Assembly: GCF_019464535.1 (NCBI RefSeq)
Contig: NZ_CP080507.1
Span: forward strand, 3,960,001-3,992,000
DNA from: Horticoccus luteus
GTDB lineage: Bacteria > Verrucomicrobiota > Verrucomicrobiia > Opitutales > Opitutaceae
Reading direction: 5' to 3'
DNA: 32,000 nucleotides
The position numbers and the translations under genes are program-made. Shown one piece after another: positions 1 to 6,444 of this stretch (position 1 is its first letter; each line of letters starts with the position of its first letter). The notes beneath the pieces are model-generated. The model was given only the letters and a program-made list of their open reading frames with translations. It searched no databases and was not told where the DNA came from.

Positions 1-798
1 GGCTCCGGGCATGTATTGTCCGATACTGTAAGCGTCGGTGCCGATGACAGCTGCGCCATGAAGCGCGTGTTCAAGCAAGGCGGCGGTATTGGCGAGCGGC
101 GATGCGTCGGACTTTGCGATGTCGAACAGGTCAAGGAAGCGCTGCCGAAAGTTATCGGTGAAATCGAGGTTGCCGTCGTTGCCGCCGGAACCGAGCAGGG
201 ACGGGTATCGTGGCGACAAATCGCTGTCCAAGATGACAGCGGCCTCCAGCCATTCGAGATGAGGGCCGCGCCACTTCAGGCGACATTCGGGAATAAATGC
301 TTCTTTCAGCCGCTTGAATTTGCGTTGAACCTCGCCGAGGCGAGCTTTGTAGCCGGGGTCTTTGCGCAAGGCGTCGCGCTGCGCGGCGGGCAGTGACTTC
401 GGTTCGTTTTTGATTACCACCTCGGCCTGCTTGGCCTTGTTCAGATCGTCGCAGAGATCGCGGGCGGCTTTTGCGCCGGCTTGATATCTGACGAGACGTG
501 GTGAGGGCGATTGCTCGAATTGTTTGAGAAAGCCGGCGGCCTTGTCGTTTTTCAGGAATCCCGAGCCTCCGTTCCACGGATCAATCAGCGGAGTGGGCGC
601 GTAGCGCGTGAGGAAAAAGTCGGCGAGCTGTCCGCGAGTGAGCGTGGTGGAGAGGACGAACGCCTCGTTGCGCCAGAATCCGCGCGCGGCGGGGTCGGCT
701 TGCTCGGAAACGAGTCGGAAAACGCCGAGCGCCTTCAAGTAGGAGGCAAGCGGGGTCGGCGAGCAGCCGGTCAGGTGAATATCGTTTAAGGCGCTCAT
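1..798 (-). CDS. csx17: Type I-G (I-U) CRISPR-associated protein Csx17/Cas8u2, N-terminal 266 codons only; the gene continues past the left edge of the window
   Basis: Absent from the ORF track because it is edge-truncated. Hand translation of the minus strand from ATG 798-796 gives MSALNDIHLTGCSPTPLASYLKALGVFRLVSEQADPAARGFWRNEAFVLSTTLTRGQLADFFLTRYAPTPLIDPWNGGSGFLKNDK...YPSLLGSGGNDGNLDFTDNFRQRFLDLFDIAKSD...GQYMPGA, open to position 1. The blocks GC..PL..YLKALGV, PWNGGSGF and GGNDG.LDF..NF are what I remember as Csx17 hallmarks. The ATG overlaps the cas3 stop (ATGA, 798-795). The track ORFs 16..396+, 152..577- and 511..789+ are other frames of this gene. Confidence 0.85.
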   Translation of the reverse strand, partial: MSALNDIHLTGCSPTPLASYLKALGVFRLVSEQADPAARGFWRNEAFVLSTTLTRGQLADFFLTRYAPTPLIDPWNGGSGFLKNDKAAGFLKQFEQSPSPRLVRYQAGAKAARDLCDDLNKAKQAEVVIKNEPKSLPAAQRDALRKDPGYKARLGEVQRKFKRLKEAFIPECRLKWRGPHLEWLEAAVILDSDLSPRYPSLLGSGGNDGNLDFTDNFRQRFLDLFDIAKSDASPLANTAALLEHALHGAAVIGTDAYSIGQYMPGA

Positions 799-3242
799 TG
801 GGCGCGGGAAGCGCGGCAGTCGGCGGCGCGCAGGAGGGTTTCAAGGTAGGCGAGGCGGAAGGGCCCGAACTTTTGGAGAAGGCCGAGCACGCGCTCGGTC
901 CAACTCGCGCCAGTCTTGGGCGAGAAGCCGAGGCTGGCGGGATCGAGGGAGAGAGTCGCGTCCGGCAGACCGAGCGGAGCGCCGGGCACGCGATCCTCGT
1001 CCATCACGCCGCGAATGGGCATGCGTTCGCCGGCCTTGGCGACGGGGTGATCTTGGTCGGCGGGCGCGGCGGCGAGGCGAGCGCGGACTTTGCCGTGATG
1101 CGCGGCCACGAGGTAGAGCAGCAAATCGAAATCCTCGTCGGAAAATTGCACAGGAAGCGAATCGCGCCGGGCGAGCAATGCGAGAGCGGAGGCGAGTTCG
1201 TGGCGGAAGCCGGGGCGCGGATCGGTATCGGAATACTTGCCGATTTTGAGCCAATGTCCTTTGGGCGCCTTGGCGGTGTCCTCATCGGGGTTGTCTTTGA
1301 TTTTGGATTGGAACGCGCGATGCGCCTTTCCAAGATCGTGCCAGCGGGCGGCGTTTTCTAGCACAGGCGAGAGTTCAAGGCCGATTTTCTGAAGCTCGGC
1401 GAGGACTTGATCGCTGTGTTCTTGGATGGTCTGGAATGATGCGGCGACGGACTGGGCGTCGGAGTCTTGCCGGGAGTCGGCGATCTCCGCTGGAGAGGCT
1501 GGAGGCCTTGGCACGACCGGCACGGGTTTTTTCGAGGCTGGATCGAAACCGGTGGTTTCGGAATAACCGCCTGCGGAGGCCAGTGCGACCAGGGTGACTC
1601 CGGGATAGATGTCGTCCTTGTTGCCGACGGGGAGCCATTCGCCATTGAGGTAGTCCCAACGCCAGACAGCGTGCCTGCGCGTTTCGGCAAACTTCTTCGC
1701 GTCGCCGATGGGGGCGGAGCACAGTTCAGTCGCCACCGGCGCGTAGTCGGGCGAGGGCTTTTCGGTGATCCACGCGATTTGGCAATCGGTGTCGGAGCCG
1801 GAGCGGATGTAGCGGGAGATGTCCAAGTCTGCGCCGCTCAAGTCCGGAGTGGTGTCGAAGAGTTCGTCCACTTCGTGGCGTAGGAGCAGGAAGTCGGGAG
1901 AATAAGGATACAGCGCGGCTCGGCGCTCCGGCGTGAGCGTTCCCTCGTGGGCTACGAGCGACTCGATGGAAACATCCGTGAGCTGCTGGAGTTCGTCGCG
2001 AGCAGCTTCGAGTTCGGCGAAATCGTAGGGAGCCGCGTTTTTCTCGTCGGCGATGTCCAGAACCACAACTTTGGCGCTGCCGCCGTAACGCGCGGCGCGG
2101 CCAAAGCGCTGCACCAGGCTGGTCCAAGGCGCAAGTTCGGTGACGAGCGTGTCGGCGGAGATATCCACGCCGGCCTCGACCACTTGCGTGGCGACGATGA
2201 CGCGTGGCTTTTCGCCGATGGCGTTGCGACTGAGGAACTGCGAGCGCCAAGTCGCTCGCTCGACGGGACGGAAGCGCGAGTGGATGAGGTGGATATCGGC
2301 GGAGGAGGCGAAGGTTTTGTTTTTCGTCAGCACGTCGAAAATCGCGCGGGCACGTTTGACGGTATTGAGGATGACCAACGTGAGGCCGGACGGCGGGATG
2401 GCGGCGATGAGCGCGGCGGCTCCTTTTTCGTCTATAGCGGGCGAGAGCGTGAGCGATTTGGCGATGCCGCTGGGTGCCAAAGTGGTGACGGGCGCGGGAA
2501 GCGCGGCGAGGATCTCATGCGTGTCAGCCGTTTCAAGCCACGTCGTTTGCAATGTGGCGCTCATCCACCAAGTGCGCGTGTAGTTCGCGGTGGTTCGGAA
2601 CGCCTGCAGTTGCGCGGACGTGGCAAGCCCCGCACCCATCAACTGGGTTTCGTCGAGGACCCAGAGGGCGTCGTTGTTGAGCAGGCCGAAATGCATCGGC
2701 CAGCGAGCGCGGGCCATGCCATAGCCGCGGTTGAGTGCCCGGGAAAGCAGCATGTCCTGCGTGCCGATGAGGATGGCCGGCCGCTCGGGATGTAGATCCC
2801 ATTCGCGTTTCCCCGCGCTGTTATCCTCGCCGCCCATGAGAATGACCGGAGAGTGAGCCGCAACCCAGCGAAGTTGCTCAATCGTTGCGGCAGAAAGGTT
2901 GAGGCCGCCCGAATCAGCGGCCTTTAAAACGTTATCGAGCCAGCGGATGACTTCGTCGCGAGTCTGCTCGACCAAGGTGCGCATCGGCAGACAGTAAACA
3001 AGACGACGCGGCCACGACTCGTCACTGAGCAGAATACGGTTCCACAGCCAAGCGAGCACAACGGCGGCGGTTTTGCCGAGGCCGGTGGGGATGCTGATGA
3101 GCTGGGATAAGCAGGCGGTGCCGGACTGCAGTGTCGCCGGATCATCGGCGTTGGCCGCAGGGCCGCAGGCGAGACGGCATTGGTAGCCGTAGGGCTGGGG
3201 CTTGCCGGTCGCGGTGTGGAAGAAATCGTCAAACGAGGTCAT
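795..3242 (-). CDS. cas3: CRISPR-associated helicase/nuclease Cas3, type I-G (I-U) architecture with an N-terminal SF2 helicase and a C-terminal HD domain
   Basis: 815-aa ORF. Helicase motif I is IPTGLGKT, motif II is VLDETQ and motif VI is QRFGRAARYG. The HD-domain residues sit at the C-terminus (EHSDQV, ARWHDLGKAH, FRHELASALAL, LVAAHHGKVR). A C-terminal HD is the arrangement described for type I-U/I-G Cas3. csx17 follows immediately downstream. Confidence 0.9.
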   Translation of the reverse strand: MTSFDDFFHTATGKPQPYGYQCRLACGPAANADDPATLQSGTACLSQLISIPTGLGKTAAVVLAWLWNRILLSDESWPRRLVYCLPMRTLVEQTRDEVIRWLDNVLKAADSGGLNLSAATIEQLRWVAAHSPVILMGGEDNSAGKREWDLHPERPAILIGTQDMLLSRALNRGYGMARARWPMHFGLLNNDALWVLDETQLMGAGLATSAQLQAFRTTANYTRTWWMSATLQTTWLETADTHEILAALPAPVTTLAPSGIAKSLTLSPAIDEKGAAALIAAIPPSGLTLVILNTVKRARAIFDVLTKNKTFASSADIHLIHSRFRPVERATWRSQFLSRNAIGEKPRVIVATQVVEAGVDISADTLVTELAPWTSLVQRFGRAARYGGSAKVVVLDIADEKNAAPYDFAELEAARDELQQLTDVSIESLVAHEGTLTPERRAALYPYSPDFLLLRHEVDELFDTTPDLSGADLDISRYIRSGSDTDCQIAWITEKPSPDYAPVATELCSAPIGDAKKFAETRRHAVWRWDYLNGEWLPVGNKDDIYPGVTLVALASAGGYSETTGFDPASKKPVPVVPRPPASPAEIADSRQDSDAQSVAASFQTIQEHSDQVLAELQKIGLELSPVLENAARWHDLGKAHRAFQSKIKDNPDEDTAKAPKGHWLKIGKYSDTDPRPGFRHELASALALLARRDSLPVQFSDEDFDLLLYLVAAHHGKVRARLAAAPADQDHPVAKAGERMPIRGVMDEDRVPGAPLGLPDATLSLDPASLGFSPKTGASWTERVLGLLQKFGPFRLAYLETLLRAADCRASRAQ

Positions 3243-3316
3243 GATTGGAGCTACGTGTGCATCCTCCGAGGTGGTTCACAATTTTCGGCGGCCATTTTCA
3301 AAGAGATTTCCGTTCT

Positions 3317-3751
3317 TCACGACTGGTCGAACGCACGGATGTGCACCCACTCGTCGTCGGGGCAGGCGGCGATCAGGAGCGGATGTACTTCATTGCGACG
3401 CGGAGGCCAGACGGCGATCGAGCCGTCGTCATCCGAGATGACGACAGGACCGCCGCGCCCGATAGGAATCGATCCCAGCAGATAGTCTCTCACGACTTTT
3501 AGCTGCGCCGTATATTCGACCGGATACCCATTGCCGCCGAGGCCGACAACCGCCGGGGTATGCACCAGCTCGCGCACCCAGTCCAATCCACCGAACCCGC
3601 CCACCACCCAATACGCCAGCGTCCGACCTTCCTCCGCCCCAAACGTCGCGGGCCGACTCCGGTCGGACGGCCAGAATTGGCGGAAAACATGAATGCTGAA
3701 TCCAATCATAAGCGGGTGGTGATCGTCGGCGCGGTCACGGGGTTGAAGCAT
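3317..3751 (-). CDS. Hypothetical protein (144 aa; alternative start M15 at 3709); no family recognised
   Basis: The track ORF has protein-like composition (...LAYWVVGGFGGLDWVRELVHTPAVVGLGGNGYPVEYTAQLKVVRDYLLGSIPIGRGGPVVISDDDGSIAVWPPRRNEVHPLLIAACPDDEWVHIRAF...). This contrasts with the R/P/A-rich overlapping frames. It lies on the same strand as cas3 and its stop is 74 nt upstream of the cas3 ATG. Confidence 0.5.
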   Translation of the reverse strand: MLQPRDRADDHHPLMIGFSIHVFRQFWPSDRSRPATFGAEEGRTLAYWVVGGFGGLDWVRELVHTPAVVGLGGNGYPVEYTAQLKVVRDYLLGSIPIGRGGPVVISDDDGSIAVWPPRRNEVHPLLIAACPDDEWVHIRAFDQS

Positions 3752-3776
3752 CGGCGCCGACTATAAAGAGCCGGGT

Positions 3777-3793
3777 GGGACAAATGCTGTCCC
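3777..3793. promoter_or_regulatory. Perfect inverted repeat GGGACA-N5-TGTCCC, a possible operator or small hairpin upstream of the 144-aa ORF
   Basis: Read directly: gggacaaatgctgtccc. It lies 26-42 nt upstream of ATG 3751 on the minus strand. A TATAGT hexamer (minus strand, 3765-3760) lies between it and the ATG. No functional evidence. Confidence 0.25.
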
Positions 3794-3807
3794 AGGGAAT
3801 AAAATAT

Positions 3808-4256
3808 TCATATCCTTTCCGGATGGTAACGCCGGCACATTTCAGCGGCGGCGGTGGCGCCGTTTTTCCGCAGCGTGACCGGCGCGAGCCCTTCGGCATG
3901 CGCGCCACCGGCGAGCACACGCAGCTCGAAATCGACGAGGCGCGGCATGAAGTTGTTGGTGAACTCGAGGCGTCCGTCGTCGCCGCCGGTGCCGAGGTTC
4001 GCGGCGGGCGTGGCCGGCGATGCTGCCGCCGGCTTTGGCGGCTTGCTTGTTCTCGGAGGAATTCTCGGGCGCCTCTTTTGCGCGCGATCTCCGTCGTCGA
4101 GGCTTCTCCGAGCGTGGTGAAGATCAACTCGATGTCGGTCATCTGGTCGCGCAAGTTGTCCTTGGGCGAGGCCAGTGCTTTGAAGTCTTTGTATTCCGAC
4201 GGCGTCATGCTGAACGTGGCTACGAACGGGCGGGCAGTTAACAGGGTTTGCGGCAT
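3808..4256 (-). pseudogene. Truncated and frameshifted gene remnant that resembles the C-terminal part of a DinD/antirepressor-like protein; it reads across three frames and lacks an N-terminal domain
   Basis: Minus strand. Frame 1 (4256 to about 4085): MPQTLLTARPFVATFSMTPSEYKDFKALASPKDNLRDQMTDIELIFTTLGEASTTEIAR. Frame 2 (about 4084-4001): AKEAPENSSENKQAAKAGGSIAGHARR. Frame 3 (3999-3808): NLGTGGDDGRLEFTNNFMPRLVDFELRVLAGG...HPERI*. Outside these segments each frame turns R/P/S-rich. The RD.MT..EL.F..L.E.STTEI and GG..AG.AR pattern matches my memory of DinD-like C-terminal regions. The 183-aa track ORF 3735..4286 is frame 1 run on into junk. Confidence 0.5.
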
Positions 4257-4698
4257 GAAAACCCAGGGGCAGGCGTTTTTATACAATCGAATCGGCCACC
4301 GTCGATATATTTAGTAGCAAACTATCTACATTACGAGCGCCGGTTCCAATGCCGCCCGCCCGTTTCATTCGTGTAATCTCGAACTAAAAGCCGCGAATAA
4401 AATTCCGATGCCGTGAGACTCACGCAAACGCATGCTGATATTTTCATTCACTCGATCTACGCGCGCGCGATCCCTGCCGGTGGAAACTCCGAGGCCGGCA
4501 CACGGGTGGTGGCGCCCGCCTAAAAGTCTTCGGCATATGGAAACCGAAGGCGACCGCTACGGTTCACCAAGAGGGCGAGAGGACGCGAGGATACTATGGC
4601 CGCTTCCCTCGCCTTTACTAACTATACACGGTGCTTCTACCGCGTGAGATCCACGGCTTTCCCGTTGCACCCCTGCGCTGCGCGCCAAGAACCCTTCC

Positions 4699-5460
4699 AT
4701 GCTTCGCGCGTTCGTCGGGTTGAGCCTTCCCTTGCTCTTCTTGGGCGTCGCCCGTGCCCAAGCCCCGACGGTGGACGTCACGGCGATGACGCCGGCGCCC
4801 GCTCTGCGCCTCGCCGCCGGTCAGCCGCTATATTTCCGCGTCGCATATCAGTCCACCCAACCGCTGCGTTTCCAGGCCACCGGTTTTCTCGATTCCCATC
4901 CGCGCGATCACCTCGCGATGAACACCGCGCCCGCTTACCCCGCCGGCTCCCACGACGCTCTCATCTGGCTCTCCGGCGATGCCGCGGCACGCGTCGATGA
5001 AGTCCGCCTTCGGGTCTTCGATGCCCATTGGACACTGCTGTCAGTCGTCCCCGTCGCGGTGCATGCCGAATGGCATGCCGGCCTCACGCCCGCCCCGACG
5101 GCGCCGTGGGCGGCCGCGCTGCTCAGCGCGCAAAAACACCTCCCGCCCCCGCCCGCCGCACGCCACTCGTTTCTCGCCACGCTCTGGAGCGCCTGCGCCA
5201 CGGTGCTCGTGCCTCTCGCGTTCTTGGCGGTGCCCGCCTACCTGATCATACAAGTCTTCGCACTCGTGAAACTGCGCGGCCCCACCCGCCTGCTATCCGC
5301 CCTGCCCTTGGCTTTCATGCTGCCAGTCTACGCGTTCTGCCTCTACGCCCTCAGCCGCGATTCCAACCTCTGGCCGCTCTACGCTATCTTCGGTAGTCCG
5401 CTCGCCTTCCTTTTCACACTCGCGGTGTTCATCCGCGCCCGCCGCCACCGACCGGCCTGA
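4699..5460 (+). CDS. Hypothetical exported/membrane protein: signal peptide, a soluble domain of about 130 aa, then 3-4 C-terminal TM helices
   Basis: The N-terminus MLRAFVGLSLPLLFLGVARAQA looks like a signal peptide. The middle region is beta-like (QPLYFRVAYQSTQPLRFQATGF..., VDEVRLRVFDAHWTLLSVVPVAVHAEW). The C-terminal stretches are hydrophobic (ATVLVPLAFLAVPAYLIIQVFALV, LLSALPLAFMLPVYAFCLYAL, LWPLYAIFGSPLAFLFTLAVFI). No family recognised. Confidence 0.6.
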   Translation: MLRAFVGLSLPLLFLGVARAQAPTVDVTAMTPAPALRLAAGQPLYFRVAYQSTQPLRFQATGFLDSHPRDHLAMNTAPAYPAGSHDALIWLSGDAAARVDEVRLRVFDAHWTLLSVVPVAVHAEWHAGLTPAPTAPWAAALLSAQKHLPPPPAARHSFLATLWSACATVLVPLAFLAVPAYLIIQVFALVKLRGPTRLLSALPLAFMLPVYAFCLYALSRDSNLWPLYAIFGSPLAFLFTLAVFIRARRHRPA

Positions 5461-5763
5461 ATCGCTGAGGCCCGGCCGCCCTCTTCCCTCCCGCCCGTTT
5501 CGGTCTTTCGCCATTCGCTGCGGCGGGCGAACGCCCCGCTGCCTTGCCCGCCTCCACGCGTGTCCACCCGCCGCCAGGTTGTGCGTGCCGTCCCGACGCA
5601 AAGGCGCAACTTCCCGGCGTTTCGCACGTTTGCGGATGTTTCTCCATAGCCCTTTCAGAAGCGCCCCGATATTCAGCCGCCGCCGGCCTCGCTAGACTTC
5701 GTTTCTCGCGCGCCGTCACGACAGACCTTTTCCGGCCGGTCGCGCCGATGCGTCTTTCCTATC

Positions 5764-6444
5764 GTGCCCAACGAGACGCCTCAGCTCCCGCACTTTCCCC
5801 GTCAGCCGCTTTTTCGTCCGAGGAGCACGACCATTTTCCGCGTCCTTTTGCTGGGGGCAGTCCTCGCCGTCGTGAGCTTTGGCGGTGTGGTGCTGCAGGT
5901 TTACCATTCGCCTTACTGGAACCGCGTCGGCCTCGCGCCCGACCAGCCTGTCCTCTTCAGCCACCGCCATCACGCGGGCGAGCTGCGCATCGATTGCCGG
6001 TTTTGTCACGCCACCGTGGAGACGTCGGCCTTCGCCGGCATGCCGACCACCCAAACCTGCCTCAACTGCCATTCGCAGATCTTCACCGACACCGCGATGC
6101 TGCAACCGGTCATCCGCAGCGCCGCCCTCCACCAACCGTTGCACTGGCAACGCGTCACCACGGTGCCCGACTTTGTCTATTTCGACCACAGCATCCACAT
6201 CGCCAAAGGCGTGAGCTGCACCACGTGCCACGGCGAGATCGGGAAGATGTCGCTCACCGCGAAAGGCGAACCGCTCACCATGCGCTGGTGCATCGACTGC
6301 CACCGCAACCCCGCGCCGCGCCTGCGCGCCCCCGAGCAGATTTTTTCCCCGGTCACGCCCGCGACCCGCCTCCCCCCGTCGCCCGTGATCCTCGCGTCGC
6401 TCCACACGCAACATCTCACCAACTGCTCCACATGTCATCGGTGA
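5764..6444 (+). CDS. actA: Alternative complex III subunit ActA, a membrane-anchored pentaheme cytochrome c
   Basis: One N-terminal TM helix (IFRVLLLGAVLAVVSFGGVVL) followed by five CxxCH motifs: CRFCH, CLNCH, CTTCH, CIDCH, CSTCH. GTG start as listed in the track. actB follows immediately. Confidence 0.85.
   Translation: MPNETPQLPHFPRQPLFRPRSTTIFRVLLLGAVLAVVSFGGVVLQVYHSPYWNRVGLAPDQPVLFSHRHHAGELRIDCRFCHATVETSAFAGMPTTQTCLNCHSQIFTDTAMLQPVIRSAALHQPLHWQRVTTVPDFVYFDHSIHIAKGVSCTTCHGEIGKMSLTAKGEPLTMRWCIDCHRNPAPRLRAPEQIFSPVTPATRLPPSPVILASLHTQHLTNCSTCHR

Noticed and set aside
16-844. Track ORFs 16..396+, 152..577-, 511..789+ and 581..844- at the left edge
   Set aside because: All overlap the hand-translated csx17 frame, which has clear family motifs. 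Their own translations are R/G/A-rich or look antisense.
3735-3807. Overlap of the 183-aa track ORF (3735..4286-) with the start of the 144-aa ORF (3751), which might suggest coupled genes
   Set aside because: The 3' two-thirds of the 183-aa ORF is out-of-frame junk (SRRQHRRPRPPRTSAPAATT...). The readable remnant ends at stop 3808, so there is no real overlap.
4451-4550. Possible degenerate orphan CRISPR repeats: ...gcgcgcgcgatccctgccggtggaaac (4461-4487) and a second tggaaac at 4538-4544
   Set aside because: Only the 7-mer is shared. The flanking 25-30 nt do not match each other, and the spacing (about 57 nt) is too short for a repeat-spacer unit. This could be revisited once the locus's true repeat, left of the window, is known.
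4542-4564. Second hairpin (aaccg/cggtt) that competes with the 4526-4551 hairpin, suggesting an attenuator or riboswitch-like switch
   Set aside because: The stem is only 5 bp and I recognised no riboswitch consensus. It is likely chance.
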